The translations under genes and the position numbers were made by a program. From NCBI GenBank assembly GCA_964633875.1, contig CAZWKL010000001.1:53530-117529 (forward strand): DNA of 64,000 nucleotides. Reading direction: 5' to 3'. Within the stretch, counting starts at the first letter, position 1; every line of letters starts with the position of its first letter. This stretch comes from an uncultured Pseudomonadales bacterium (GTDB taxonomy: Bacteria; Patescibacteriota; Microgenomatia; UBA1400; PJMF01). Of this stretch, positions 22,112-31,892 are shown piece after piece. The notes under the pieces were generated by a model, which ran no database searches, had not been told where the DNA came from, and worked only from the letters and a program-made list of their open reading frames with translations.

Positions 22112-22762
22112 ATGGGACAGAAAGTTAACCCCACCGGCTTTAGATTAGGTATCACTTACACCTGGAAGTCAAGGTGGCATGCCGATGAGGCTGACTACTC
22201 CGACAAGGTGTTGGAAGATTACCGTTTGCGCAAATATCTTAATCAAGAATTGGCCAATGCTGGTTTGGTTCAGGTTGATATTGAGCGCTCACTCACAGCC
22301 ATCAAAGTTATTTTACATGTTTCAAGGCCTGGTGTGGTGATCGGCAAGGGCGGCTCTAATTTGGAAAACATCAAAGCCGGGATCGAAAAAATTCTCAATG
22401 TTCAGAAATTGAAAAAGGACAAAGTCAAGATTGATTTGAGAGTGGAGGAAGTTAAGCAGCCCGATTTAAGCGCCAAACTGGTGGCTGAAAGAATTGAACA
22501 GCAACTGATTAAACGCTACCCACACCGTCGTGCTGTTACCCAGGCTTTGGAAAAAGTCATCCAGGCAGGAGCGAAAGGCGTAAAAATTCAATTTTCCGGC
22601 CGTATTGGCGGATCTGAAATTGGCAGAACCGAGAAATATTTTGAAGGCAGTGTACCGACTCAAACATTAAGAGCGGACATTGATTACCACCAAATTCCTG
22701 CTCGTACTAGATCAGGATATGTTGGTATCAAGGTTTGGATTTATAAGGAAGACGTAGTTTAG
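22112..22762 (+). CDS. rpsC: 30S ribosomal protein S3
   Basis: MGQKVNPTGFRLGIT..W.SRW; KH domain. 216 aa. Confidence 0.95.
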   Translation: MGQKVNPTGFRLGITYTWKSRWHADEADYSDKVLEDYRLRKYLNQELANAGLVQVDIERSLTAIKVILHVSRPGVVIGKGGSNLENIKAGIEKILNVQKLKKDKVKIDLRVEEVKQPDLSAKLVAERIEQQLIKRYPHRRAVTQALEKVIQAGAKGVKIQFSGRIGGSEIGRTEKYFEGSVPTQTLRADIDYHQIPARTRSGYVGIKVWIYKEDVV

Positions 22763-22777
22763 TCTAAAAGAGGTAAA

Positions 22778-23182
22778 ATGTTACAACCAAAGAAAACTAA
22801 ATTCAGAAAACAATTCAGGGGCAAGCGAGGCGGCACGGCTCAGCGCGGTACTGAAGTGGTTTTTGGTGAGTTTGGTCTGAAAGCTACTACTCGAGGGTGG
22901 GTTTCAGCCAGGCAAATTGAAGCTGCCCGTAAGAAAATTACTTTTATGACTAAAAGAAGTGGTAAGTACTGGGTGCGGGTGTTTCCCGACAAACCTATCA
23001 CCTCCAAACCGGTAGGTGTCAAGATGGGCTCAGGCAAAGGCGCCATTGATAGTTATGTGGCTGTGGTTAAACCCGGCATGGTTTTGTTTGAACTTGGCGG
23101 TGTCAGCGAAGAGATTGCTAGAGATGCTTTCCGTAAAGCTGCTCACAAGCTGTCCGTACAAACTTCATTTGTCGAGAAATAA
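22778..23182 (+). CDS. rplP: 50S ribosomal protein L16
   Basis: [16 protein letters not shown]...[10 protein letters not shown]. Canonical. Confidence 0.95.
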   Translation: MLQPKKTKFRKQFRGKRGGTAQRGTEVVFGEFGLKATTRGWVSARQIEAARKKITFMTKRSGKYWVRVFPDKPITSKPVGVKMGSGKGAIDSYVAVVKPGMVLFELGGVSEEIARDAFRKAAHKLSVQTSFVEK

Positions 23183-23185
23183 AAT

Positions 23186-23437
23186 ATGAAACAACAGAGA
23201 AATGACATTACTGCTTTGCACACCACCAAAATTTCTGAGTTGGAATCACAACTTCGAGAGCTGGAGGTGCAATTGGCTCAAGCCAGATTGGCCAAAGTTG
23301 CTGGTAAACTTAAAGACACAGCCACAATCAAGAGAACCAGTGATGCCATTGCCCGCATCAAAACGGTGATGAGAGAGCAGGCTTTAGTTGCCGGCCAGGA
23401 TCAGGAAGAAACAACTGAAGCAAAGGATGAAAAATAA
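23186..23437 (+). CDS. rpmC: 50S ribosomal protein L29
   Basis: 83 aa helical protein (LRELEVQLAQARLAKVAGKLKD) at the conserved position after rplP. Confidence 0.85.
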   Translation: MKQQRNDITALHTTKISELESQLRELEVQLAQARLAKVAGKLKDTATIKRTSDAIARIKTVMREQALVAGQDQEETTEAKDEK

Positions 23438-23440
23438 AGT

Positions 23441-23680
23441 ATGAAAAAAACCATGCAAGGTACTGTTCTAGCTTTAGCTGAAAAAACTGCCAAAGTCAGT
23501 GTGGCAACGATGTGGACTCATCCGCTCTATCAAAAAAGCGTCAAGCGCACCAAAAATTATGCTTGTCACGTCGAGGGTATTGGTTTGGCAGTAGGAGATG
23601 AAGTTTTAATCGAATCTTCCCGCCCTGTTAGTAAAACCAAGAAGTTTAAGGTAGTTGCGAAAGTTGGGAAGGCAGCATGA
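23441..23680 (+). CDS. rpsQ: 30S ribosomal protein S17
   Basis: 79 aa. [17 protein letters not shown]...[17 protein letters not shown]. Confidence 0.9.
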   Translation: MKKTMQGTVLALAEKTAKVSVATMWTHPLYQKSVKRTKNYACHVEGIGLAVGDEVLIESSRPVSKTKKFKVVAKVGKAA

Positions 23681-24051
23681 TCCAATTAAGGTCCGTATTA
23701 CATGTTGCTGATAACAGCGGAGCCAAAAGAATTCGGGTAATCCAAGTTCATGGTGGCTCCAAGCGCCGGTTTGGTCATATTGGCGATATCGTCACCGCCT
23801 CAGTGATTGTGGCCGACGCCGGTGGCAACCTGAAAAAAGGTGAAATTGTTAAAGCCGTGGTGGTGAGAACCAGAAAAGAAAAAAGACGATCATCTGGTGA
23901 GTACATTAGATTTGATGACAACGCAGCCGTGATTATTGAGTCAATTAGCAGTCCAAGTCCGGTGGGCACTCGGGTTTTCGGTCCGATCGCCCGCGAGGTC
24001 AAAAACAGAGGTTTTAATAAAATAGCTAGTTTAGCGCCGGAGGTATTGTAG
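23677..24051 (+). CDS. rplN: 50S ribosomal protein L14
   Basis: [24 protein letters not shown]...; 4-nt overlap with rpsQ. Confidence 0.95.
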   Translation: MIQLRSVLHVADNSGAKRIRVIQVHGGSKRRFGHIGDIVTASVIVADAGGNLKKGEIVKAVVVRTRKEKRRSSGEYIRFDDNAAVIIESISSPSPVGTRVFGPIAREVKNRGFNKIASLAPEVL

Positions 24052-24058
24052 GAGAGAT

Positions 24059-24400
24059 ATGAAATTTCAAGTTGGCGACCAAGTCAAGATCACTACAGGC
24101 AAAGACAAAGGCAAAACAGGCACTATTACCAGAGTAATTCCTGGGAAAAACGAGGTGGTAGTAGCAGGTATCAACCTCTATGCTAAACACACTCGTCCGA
24201 TGGCTGGTCGGCCGGGAGAAAAAGTGGTCTTGGAAAGACCGCTTGAGGCTGCTAAAATTGCCATTCTCAACGACCAGAGTCAGCTTGACAGGATTGGTTA
24301 CTCGGTAGACAAAAAAGGTAACAAAACTAGAATATTTAAAAAAACCGGCAAAGTCATTCCGGAACCAAAGAAACCAACGGAAGAAAAAAGCAAGAAATAA
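24059..24400 (+). CDS. rplX: 50S ribosomal protein L24
   Basis: KOW motif (KVGDQVKITTGKDKGKTG). 113 aa with a basic tail. Confidence 0.9.
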   Translation: MKFQVGDQVKITTGKDKGKTGTITRVIPGKNEVVVAGINLYAKHTRPMAGRPGEKVVLERPLEAAKIAILNDQSQLDRIGYSVDKKGNKTRIFKKTGKVIPEPKKPTEEKSKK

Positions 24401-24410
24401 TTGGTAATCT

Positions 24411-24965
24411 ATGTCAACATTAAGAGAAATTTATACCAGCGAAATAGTCCCAGCTCTCCAAAAAGAGTTTGGCTACAAAACTACCTACGCAGTTCCTAAA
24501 TTGGAAAAGATCGTAGTCAATATTAGTGTGGCCGATCCGCAAGAGCCTCGTCAGCGCTCTCAGGTGATCGACAACATTGTGGAACAATTCAGACAAATTA
24601 CCGGTCAGCAGCCTCAGATTACCAAAGCCAGAAAATCAATCGCTGGCTTCAAACTCAGGCAAGGCGATCCGCTTGGAGTGATGGTGACTCTGCGTGGCAA
24701 AAGAATGTGGGAATTTTTGGAAAAACTTATCAGCATTGCTCTGCCACGGGTCAAAGATTTTCGCGGTGTTTCGGCTAAAGCCTTTGATGGTCAAGGTAAT
24801 TACAGCCTTGGCATTGAAGAACAGATTATCTTTCCGGAAATCAACTATGACCAGATTGAGAGCGTCAGAGGTTTGCAGGCCGTTATTGTGACCACAGCTA
24901 AGACAAACAAAGAGAGTTTTTCACTTTTGCAAAAATTAGGCTTACCATTTGAGAAAGAAGAATAA
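24411..24965 (+). CDS. rplE: 50S ribosomal protein L5
   Basis: 184 aa; ...[29 protein letters not shown]... Canonical L5. Confidence 0.95.
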   Translation: MSTLREIYTSEIVPALQKEFGYKTTYAVPKLEKIVVNISVADPQEPRQRSQVIDNIVEQFRQITGQQPQITKARKSIAGFKLRQGDPLGVMVTLRGKRMWEFLEKLISIALPRVKDFRGVSAKAFDGQGNYSLGIEEQIIFPEINYDQIESVRGLQAVIVTTAKTNKESFSLLQKLGLPFEKEE

Positions 24966-24967
24966 TC

Positions 24968-25198
24968 ATGGCCAAGAAATCAAAAATCATCAAATCAAAT
25001 AGATTAATCGCCAAGCGCAAAGCTCTTAAAGCGTCAGGCGAACCCAGAGTAAACAAAGTATCGACTCGAGGAGTAAACCGTTGTAAAATAACAGGTCGAC
25101 CAAGAGGGTACATGCGCTATTTTGGTCTGAGTAGGCTAACTTTCAGGGAATTAGCAAGTAAAGGCGAGCTTCCTGGGGTAGTAAAAGCAAGTAAGTAA
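24968..25198 (+). CDS. rpsN: 30S ribosomal protein S14, short form lacking the Cys4 zinc ribbon
   Basis: 76 aa at the L5-S14-S8 position ([34 protein letters not shown]). Only one Cys, so not the zinc-binding type-Z form. Confidence 0.85.
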   Translation: MAKKSKIIKSNRLIAKRKALKASGEPRVNKVSTRGVNRCKITGRPRGYMRYFGLSRLTFRELASKGELPGVVKASK

Positions 25199-25201
25199 TG
25201 T

Positions 25202-25591
25202 ATGACTGATCCAATCGCAGATTTAATCATCAGAATCAAAAACGCCTTTATGGCCAGCAATAAAGAGGTGTTGGTGCCGTACTCAAAAATCAAAAAGAGT
25301 ATTGCCGATATTCTGATGAGCGAGGGCTATGCTGAAAAAGTTGAAGTGATTGAAGGTAAGCCATTTGCTCAAATTAAAATTACCCTCCGCTATGTGGGCA
25401 GAGTGCCGGCGGTAACTGACGTCAAACGTTTATCAAAACCAGGCAGGAGACTTTACACTACGGCTAACGATATACCAAGAGCTTTGGGCGGCTACGGCAT
25501 CACCATCCTTTCTACCAGCAAAGGAGTGATGACCGACTCGAACGCCAGAAAGCAAAACCTGGGAGGAGAGCTTTTGTGCCAGGTTTGGTAA
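25202..25591 (+). CDS. rpsH: 30S ribosomal protein S8
   Basis: MTDPIADLIIRIKNA... canonical S8. 129 aa. Confidence 0.95.
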   Translation: MTDPIADLIIRIKNAFMASNKEVLVPYSKIKKSIADILMSEGYAEKVEVIEGKPFAQIKITLRYVGRVPAVTDVKRLSKPGRRLYTTANDIPRALGGYGITILSTSKGVMTDSNARKQNLGGELLCQVW

Positions 25592-25622
25592 AGACTTGGT
25601 AAAGGCTTAAAGGAAAAACATC

Positions 25623-26159
25623 ATGTCAAGAATCGGCAATACACCAATCAAAATACCCAGCGGCGTTACCGTCAACGTAGCCGGTGAGGTGGTGGAAGTC
25701 AAAGGCCCTAAAGGCCAACTGCAGGCCCCCATGTTTAAAGGCATTGAAGTGAAGGTGACGGATGGCGAAGTAGTGGTAGCTCGCAAAAATGATGATGATC
25801 AAACCAGAGCTTTTCATGGCTTGGCCAGAAATTTGATCAAAAACCATGTAGTTGGCGTGACTGAGGGTTACAAAAAGACTCTCAAATTAGTTGGCACCGG
25901 CTACAGAGTCCAGGCTAAAGGAACAGGCATTAGTATGTCCCTGGGTCTTTCTCATGATGTTGAGTTCCAACCAGAGGCAGGAGTTACTGTCAAAACCGAA
26001 GGCAATGACACCATTCACATTGAGGGCATTGATAAACAACGGGTTGGCCAGGTTGCAGCCGATATCCGTAAGGCCCGGCCACCAGAGCGCTATAAAGGTA
26101 AAGGCATCAGGTATGAAGATGAAGTGGTGAGAATCAAACCAGGAAAGACAGTTGCTTAA
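25623..26159 (+). CDS. rplF: 50S ribosomal protein L6
   Basis: MSRIGNTPIKIPSGVTV...; two-domain L6. 178 aa. Confidence 0.95.
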   Translation: MSRIGNTPIKIPSGVTVNVAGEVVEVKGPKGQLQAPMFKGIEVKVTDGEVVVARKNDDDQTRAFHGLARNLIKNHVVGVTEGYKKTLKLVGTGYRVQAKGTGISMSLGLSHDVEFQPEAGVTVKTEGNDTIHIEGIDKQRVGQVAADIRKARPPERYKGKGIRYEDEVVRIKPGKTVA

Positions 26160-26177
26160 AGTAGTTAAGAAATTAGT

Positions 26178-26543
26178 ATGCCAAAAATCGCTCATAACAC
26201 CACCAAAGTAGAACGAAGAAAAAGACGCGTTGGCGCTCAGTTGTTTGGCACAGCCAAGCGACCAAGAGTGAGCGTTAGGCGTTCAAATAAGTTTGTTTTC
26301 TTACAAGCAGTTGATGACTCGGCAGGCCAAACTGTGGCTTCAGCCCATGACAAGCAAGTCAAGTCCGCCGGCAAAAAAGCCATAACCAAGACCGAAACGG
26401 CTAAGCTGAGCGCCCAGTCTTTGGCTCAACAGCTCAAGCAAAAGAAAATCGGCGCGGTCATTTTTGACAGAGGTCAGTACAAATATCACGGCAGGGTTCA
26501 AACTGTAGCTCAGACTCTTCGTGATGAAGGCATAAAAGTTTAG
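26178..26543 (+). CDS. rplR: 50S ribosomal protein L18
   Basis: 121 aa, RPRVSVRRSNKFVFLQAVDD...; conserved order L6-L18-S5. Confidence 0.9.
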   Translation: MPKIAHNTTKVERRKRRVGAQLFGTAKRPRVSVRRSNKFVFLQAVDDSAGQTVASAHDKQVKSAGKKAITKTETAKLSAQSLAQQLKQKKIGAVIFDRGQYKYHGRVQTVAQTLRDEGIKV

Positions 26544-26550
26544 GAATTAT

Positions 26551-27282
26551 ATGGCAAACCCACGCGAACAAAACGAATTTGAAGAGAAAGTCATTCAAGT
26601 CTCTCGTGTTTCCAAAAAAACCAAAGGCGGTAACAAAATCGGCTTTTCTGTTTTGATGGTTGTCGGCGACAAAAAAGGTCGCGTTGGAGTGGGTTTGGGC
26701 AAAGCACCAGACGTAGTTTCAGCTATTCGCAAGGGGATTAAAAAAGCTAAGAAAAAAATGATTGATGTCCCTTTGGATGGGACCACTATTCCTTTCCCGA
26801 TTGAGGTTAAGGAAGGCGCTGGCAGAATTCTGCTGAAACCTGCGCCGCAGGGCTCAGGTGTGATTGCCGGAGGTCCGGTGCGCGCGGTGGTGGAAGCCGC
26901 GGGTATTAGAGATATCTCCAGTAAAATCATGGGTTCTGAAAATCAAGCTTCTAATGTTTATGCTACTTTTGCAGCGATGCAGCAAATCAAGAAAATTGTC
27001 GAACTGAAAAGCATTAAGCTGAGGTCAATTGCCGATATTGAAGCAGAAGAAGATAAAAAGCAAGAAGAACTTCAGGAAAAACATAAGAAACGGGCTGAAG
27101 AAAAGCAAGAGAAAGAAATACAAGAGCGAGTTGCCAAAAAGTCGGCGGCTAAGAAACTGGCGGCCAAAAAACCGGCAACTAAAAAAGTAGCGGCTAAAAA
27201 GCCCGTTGGCAAAAAGCCCGCCGCCAAGAAACCCGCCGCCAAAACGGCCAAAAAAGCCGCAAAAAAAACCGAACAGAAATAA
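26551..27282 (+). CDS. rpsE: 30S ribosomal protein S5, with a ~90-aa histone-H1-like Lys/Ala-rich C-terminal extension
   Basis: S5 core (VIQVSRVSKKTKGGNKIGFSVLMVVGD..GRVGVGLGKA.., GAGVIAGGPVRAVVEAAGI). The tail is AKKSAAKKLAAKKPATKKVAAKKPVGKKPAAKKPAAKTAKKAAKK. Confidence 0.9.
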   Translation: MANPREQNEFEEKVIQVSRVSKKTKGGNKIGFSVLMVVGDKKGRVGVGLGKAPDVVSAIRKGIKKAKKKMIDVPLDGTTIPFPIEVKEGAGRILLKPAPQGSGVIAGGPVRAVVEAAGIRDISSKIMGSENQASNVYATFAAMQQIKKIVELKSIKLRSIADIEAEEDKKQEELQEKHKKRAEEKQEKEIQERVAKKSAAKKLAAKKPATKKVAAKKPVGKKPAAKKPAAKTAKKAAKKTEQK

Positions 27283-27293
27283 GGACTTAAATC

Positions 27294-27731
27294 ATGTCAC
27301 TTTTAAATCAACTACCGAGCATCAAAGCTAACAGCAAAAAGCGTGTTGGCAGAGGCTATGGCTCAGCCAAAGGCGGCCACACCGCCGGCAGAGGCCAAAA
27401 AGGCCAAAAATCCCGTGGAGGAAGCAAAATTCCTCTTTGGTTTGAGGGTGGACAGCTGCCTTTAATCAAAAGACTGCCGTTTTTGCGAGGTAAAGGCAGG
27501 TTTAACGTGGTTCGCCCCACCGCAGAAATCACCTTAAACACCATTGAAAAAATGCAGGCAACGGAAATTTCCTTAGCCAGCCTCAAGGCAGAAAAAGTGA
27601 TTGATGTCAGGTTCAAAAAGGCAAAAATTATTGCCACCGGTAAATTAACTCGAAAAGTTCAGGTCAAAGGCATCAAAGCTTCCCAGGCTGCAGCAGCAGC
27701 AATCGAAGCGCTCGGTGGATCAGTTGAATAG
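27294..27731 (+). CDS. rplO: 50S ribosomal protein L15. It directly follows rpsE; there is no L30 gene.
   Basis: 145 aa, [23 protein letters not shown]. The intergenic gap from rpsE is only 11 nt, so there is no room for rpmD. Confidence 0.9.
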   Translation: MSLLNQLPSIKANSKKRVGRGYGSAKGGHTAGRGQKGQKSRGGSKIPLWFEGGQLPLIKRLPFLRGKGRFNVVRPTAEITLNTIEKMQATEISLASLKAEKVIDVRFKKAKIIATGKLTRKVQVKGIKASQAAAAAIEALGGSVE

Positions 27732-27790
27732 TTGTTCAGCCTTTGCAGTTGAGTTATACTAACCACCTGGCGGTTTCACCAGAAACAAAC

Positions 27791-29074
27791 ATGAAAAGAT
27801 TTACTGCCTTTATTAAAAAAGTAACGCAGAACCGGGACCTCCGGAAAAAGCTGCTGTTTACCGCAGGCATATTTTTAGTATACCGTTTTTTGGCTCACGT
27901 CCCCCTGCCTTCCATTGATATCGCCCAACTCAGAACGCTTTTTGCCTCCAACCAATTTTTGAGCTTGCTCAATATTTTTTCCGGTGGCACTTTGGCTAAT
28001 TTTTCCGTGGTGGCTTTGGGAATCAACCCCTACATTACCGCCTCAATTATTATGCAGTTGATGGGTATGGTGGTGCCGCAGATCAAAGAAATGCAGAAAG
28101 AAGGCGAGTCGGGCCGGGAAAAAGTCAATCAATACACCCGGATGCTGACAGTGCCTCTAGCGGTGGCGCAGAGTGTTTCGGTACTGGCGCTTCTGCGGGC
28201 GCAAGGCCTGGTGCAAAGCACCGAACCAATCGCCATTATTGCCATGATTATCACCCTGGTAGCCGGCGCCATGATTATCACTTGGCTTGGCGAACTGGTT
28301 TCTCAATATGGACTGGGTAATGGCATCTCAATTATTCTTTTGGGTGCTATTATCAGCCAGCTTCCCACTGCCGCTGGCCAGGTTTTAGCCATTACCACTA
28401 CTGATCAATTACTGACCATGATTTCCTTTATTGCAGTGTTCTTGTTGATTATCGCAGTTGTAGTTTTTATGAACGAATCAATTCGTAAGATACCGGTGCA
28501 GTATGCCAAGCGCCAGCGTGGCAGCAGAGTTTACGGTGGCCAAATGTCTCACTTACCGGTGAAAGTGAATGTGGCCGGAGTGATGCCAATTATCTTTGCT
28601 GTGACGATCATGATCGTGCCCTCATTTTTAGCCAGAATTTTGCTTGCCAGTGGCAACACCCGCTTGCTTGATATCGGCCAGTGGCTAACGCTCAATTTCA
28701 GCGAAACTTCTACGCTTTACATGGTAGTGTACTTTTTAGTGGTCTTTTTCTTTAGTTATTTCTCAGCTTTAATTTTCTTCAATACCGAAGATATTTCGGA
28801 GGAACTGAAGAAAAGTGGCGCCTTTATCCCCGGCATCAGACCGGGAGGCCCAACCAAAAAATACCTCGAATTTGTCGTGACCAGAATTACTTTCGCGGGT
28901 GCAATTTTTCTCAGTACCATTGCCATCCTGCCTTCCATAGCTCAGATATTTACCGGTATTACTGCCTTGGCCATCAGCGGTACGAGTGTGCTGATTGTGG
29001 TGTCGGTTATTTTGGAAACCGCCAAACAGGCAGAAAGTATGGTTATAGACCAAAACTATGACCAGTACAGGTAA
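27791..29074 (+). CDS. secY: Preprotein translocase subunit SecY
   Basis: 10-TM protein with a SecY N-terminus (LRKKLLFTAGIFLVYRFLAHVPLP). The ORF track starts at 27743; the ATG at 27791 (MKRF...) was chosen. Confidence 0.9.
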   Translation: MKRFTAFIKKVTQNRDLRKKLLFTAGIFLVYRFLAHVPLPSIDIAQLRTLFASNQFLSLLNIFSGGTLANFSVVALGINPYITASIIMQLMGMVVPQIKEMQKEGESGREKVNQYTRMLTVPLAVAQSVSVLALLRAQGLVQSTEPIAIIAMIITLVAGAMIITWLGELVSQYGLGNGISIILLGAIISQLPTAAGQVLAITTTDQLLTMISFIAVFLLIIAVVVFMNESIRKIPVQYAKRQRGSRVYGGQMSHLPVKVNVAGVMPIIFAVTIMIVPSFLARILLASGNTRLLDIGQWLTLNFSETSTLYMVVYFLVVFFFSYFSALIFFNTEDISEELKKSGAFIPGIRPGGPTKKYLEFVVTRITFAGAIFLSTIAILPSIAQIFTGITALAISGTSVLIVVSVILETAKQAESMVIDQNYDQYR

Positions 29075-29124
29075 GTATGAATTACAAATCACCGTCTTTT
29101 TCAAGGCAAACATAGGAGAAAATA

Positions 29125-29676
29125 ATGCGATTGATCTTAATCGGCATCCAGGGTGCCGGCAAATCAACCCAGGGTAATTATTTGTCTGAACGCTACAAAA
29201 TTCCCTACCTTTCGTCAGGGCATATTTTTCGGGAAATGGCTCGGGAAAAAACTCAACTTGGCCGTTGGCTGAAGGAAACGATTAATTCCGGCGCGCTGGT
29301 GCCAGACGACACCGTTTTGGAAGTAGTACTAACTTATTTGGAAAAACCTGAGTACGCCAATGGTTATATTTTGGATGGATTTCCCCGGACCGTCACTCAA
29401 GCTTCGGCTTTTAATGGCGGCGTTGATAAAGTCGTTTACATTGAGGTTTCTCAAAAAGAAGCGCTTTGGCGGATTTCCGGCCGCGAGGAAGAGCGCGACG
29501 ACGAAACGCTCAAGGCTATCAGAAAAAGGATTGAGCTCTTTTACGAAGTCACCAAACCGGTGCTCGGTTTTTACGAAGAGCAAGGCAAGCTGATTACTAT
29601 CGACGGTGAGCAGCCGATCGAGAAAGTTTCGGCAGATATTGTGGCCGCTTTGGATGAACATTTTAGCAACAAATAA
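29125..29676 (+). CDS. adk: Adenylate kinase (short form, no zinc lid)
   Basis: MRLILIGIQGAGKSTQG P-loop. 183 aa. Conserved secY-adk-map order. Confidence 0.9.
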   Translation: MRLILIGIQGAGKSTQGNYLSERYKIPYLSSGHIFREMAREKTQLGRWLKETINSGALVPDDTVLEVVLTYLEKPEYANGYILDGFPRTVTQASAFNGGVDKVVYIEVSQKEALWRISGREEERDDETLKAIRKRIELFYEVTKPVLGFYEEQGKLITIDGEQPIEKVSADIVAALDEHFSNK

Positions 29677-29752
29677 CTGGAAAAAATTAAACGGGCGGCA
29701 AGCGAGATTGGTTTTGTCGCCTGTTTTTGTACAATAAGGATTGTGTAGGATT

Positions 29753-30511
29753 ATGCAGGATTTGGATAAAAAATTGGCTAAAAAAATAACGGCCATGCGT
29801 GAAGGTGGCCGGGTTTTAGGCAAAATTAAGCGCCAACTGGTGGATTTTTGCCAACCAGGTTTGGCTTTTGAAGCAGTAGAAGCCCAGGCGCAAGAGCTGA
29901 TCAGAGCAGCGAGTATGACACCGAGTTTTTCCACCGTGCCCGGCTACTACTGGGCCACTTGCATCATGAAAAATGAAGAAATTTGTCATGGCATTCCGGT
30001 GGATAAAACCATGGAGGATGGCGATTTAATCACCATTGATGTGGGTTTGATCAATCAGGGCTACCACCTTGATACCACGATCTCTTTTGGCGTGGGCCAA
30101 GTGAGCGGAAAAATGCAGCGTTTTTTGGAAGATGGCCAAAGTATTTTGCGCAAGGCTATCAATCGAGCTAAAGTTGGCAGCTCAGTTTACGATATCAGCT
30201 ACCAGATGGATAAGGGGCTGCAGAAAAAGGGCTATGGCGTGGTTTATCAGCTCACCGGGCATGGTATTGGCGAAGAACTACACATGGAGCCGGAAATTCC
30301 GGTTTTTGCCCATAAACCCCACAAAAAGATTATCCTTCAAGCAGGTCAAACTTTGGCCATTGAAGTCATGTACACCATGGGTAAGCCTCAGCTAGTGACA
30401 GCTGCCGACGGCTGGACTTACAAGACGGCTGATGGCTCGCTTTCGGGCATGTTTGAAGAAACGGTCTTAGTGACTGAAAATGGCCCGGAGATACTGACAA
30501 AAGCCAATTAA
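29753..30511 (+). CDS. map: Methionine aminopeptidase, type I
   Basis: Metal ligands and pita-bread fold motifs (DLITIDVGLINQGYHLDTT, HGIGEELHMEPEI, ...LAIEVM). The ORF track starts at 29741; the ATG at 29753 is equally possible. Confidence 0.9.
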   Translation: MQDLDKKLAKKITAMREGGRVLGKIKRQLVDFCQPGLAFEAVEAQAQELIRAASMTPSFSTVPGYYWATCIMKNEEICHGIPVDKTMEDGDLITIDVGLINQGYHLDTTISFGVGQVSGKMQRFLEDGQSILRKAINRAKVGSSVYDISYQMDKGLQKKGYGVVYQLTGHGIGEELHMEPEIPVFAHKPHKKIILQAGQTLAIEVMYTMGKPQLVTAADGWTYKTADGSLSGMFEETVLVTENGPEILTKAN

Positions 30512-30534
30512 TTTGCTATAATAAGCGCTTCGTT

Positions 30535-30858
30535 ATGGGAAAAGTACAAGAACACAAACGATCAGCTAAAACCAAAAAACAGGTGGATACAACCGGTAAA
30601 AAGGCAGACCGCCCCGACCGGTTTGAAATTGAGGGTGTGGTGGAACAATGCCTGCCCAACACTATGTTTAGGGTGAAAATTACCGACTCTGAAGTAGAGC
30701 CGATGGTTGGTCGTGAAGTGCTGGGCACTTTAGTGGGTAAAATGAGGCTTTACCGAATCAGAGTGATGCCAGGCGACTACATCAAGGGCTATATCACAAA
30801 ATATGACCTCAATAAGTGTAAAATCACCTATAGGTCAACGAAAAGTGGTTCGCAGTAA
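30535..30858 (+). CDS. infA: Translation initiation factor IF-1, with a ~30-aa basic N-terminal extension
   Basis: S1-like core ([20 protein letters not shown]...[33 protein letters not shown]). Confidence 0.85.
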   Translation: MGKVQEHKRSAKTKKQVDTTGKKADRPDRFEIEGVVEQCLPNTMFRVKITDSEVEPMVGREVLGTLVGKMRLYRIRVMPGDYIKGYITKYDLNKCKITYRSTKSGSQ

Positions 30859-30923
30859 AATTACTGCTTTTAATTTTCATATTTCTGAGGTATAGTTCAA
30901 GCCTGCTCGACAAAGAAAGCAAC

Positions 30924-31040
30924 ATGAAAGTTAAGTCATCTATTAAGAAAATGTGCTTGCACTGCAAGATTATCCGCCGCAAAGGTGTGGTGCGGGTAGT
31001 GTGTCCGGTGTATCCTAAGCACAAGCAAAGGCAAGGCTAA
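30924..31040 (+). CDS. rpmJ: 50S ribosomal protein L36
   Basis: Not in the ORF track (<60 aa). Translation read directly from the sequence: [38 protein letters not shown] (C-x2-C...C-x5-H zinc ribbon). Conserved infA-rpmJ-rpsM order. Coordinates are from the displayed sequence, +/-1 nt. Confidence 0.85.
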   Translation: MKVKSSIKKMCLHCKIIRRKGVVRVVCPVYPKHKQRQG

Positions 31041-31049
31041 AGGAACAAT

Positions 31050-31457
31050 ATGCCCCGTATCGTTGGAATCGACATACCTGATGAAAAGAAGATTCTGTAC
31101 TCGTTGCAGTATCTTTATGGTGTGGGCCCGACTCGCGCCAAGAAAATTCTTGCTCAAGCCCAGGTAGGCGAAAACAAAAGAGCCAGAGATCTTGATGCCA
31201 ATGAGCTCAACCGGATTCAGCGCGCTCTGGACGACTACATGCTTGAGGGTGATCTGAGAAGAGATGTTAATGATAATGTTGACCGCTTGAAAAGAATTCG
31301 TTCCTATCGGGGTTTGCGCCACAAAATGGGGCTTCCCACCCGCGGCCAACGCACCCGGACCAACTCCAGAAACGCTCGTGGCGCTTCAGGACAAAGAAGG
31401 ACAGTTGGTTCAATGACCAAGGAAATGGCGGCCAAGTTAGAAGCGGCCAAGAAGTAA
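31050..31457 (+). CDS. rpsM: 30S ribosomal protein S13
   Basis: MPRIVGIDIPDEKKILYSLQYLYGVGPTRAKKIL... Canonical. Confidence 0.95.
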   Translation: MPRIVGIDIPDEKKILYSLQYLYGVGPTRAKKILAQAQVGENKRARDLDANELNRIQRALDDYMLEGDLRRDVNDNVDRLKRIRSYRGLRHKMGLPTRGQRTRTNSRNARGASGQRRTVGSMTKEMAAKLEAAKK

Positions 31458-31470
31458 GATCGGGCAAAAT

Positions 31471-31872
31471 ATGGCAAAACAACAAATTAAAAAGAAAACC
31501 ACTCCGCGCAAAAACAACGCCGTCGTTCCTAAAGGCAGAATGTATGTCACTGCCACTTTTAACAGTACTTTAGTCAGTATTACCGATGACAAAGGCAACG
31601 TGTTGTGTTGGTCAACTGCCGGCGAGTCAGGTTTTTCCGGCTCAAGGAAGTCTACGCCCTACGCGGCCACAGTGACGGTAGAAAACGCGGTCAACAAAGC
31701 CAGAGGCTACGGCATGAACGCTATGGATGTTTTCCTCAAAGGCCCAGGACCAGGACGGGATGTGGCGCTGAGAGTATTGCGGGCACAAGGAATTAGAGTG
31801 CCGATGATTGTAGACAAAACCCCAGACCCTCACAATGGTACCAGACCAAGAAAAGCCAAGCACAACAAATAA
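31471..31872 (+). CDS. rpsK: 30S ribosomal protein S11
   Basis: 133 aa; ...ATFNSTLVSITDDKGNVLCWSTAGESGFSGSRKSTPYAA... Canonical S11. Confidence 0.95.
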   Translation: MAKQQIKKKTTPRKNNAVVPKGRMYVTATFNSTLVSITDDKGNVLCWSTAGESGFSGSRKSTPYAATVTVENAVNKARGYGMNAMDVFLKGPGPGRDVALRVLRAQGIRVPMIVDKTPDPHNGTRPRKAKHNK

Positions 31873-31892
31873 CGGCAGTTCAAAAAGGATAT

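Noticed and set aside
24968-25198. Calling rpsN as the zinc-binding type-Z S14
   Set aside because: The protein has a single cysteine (no CxxC...CxxC), so it cannot coordinate zinc. It is called a short non-zinc S14 instead.
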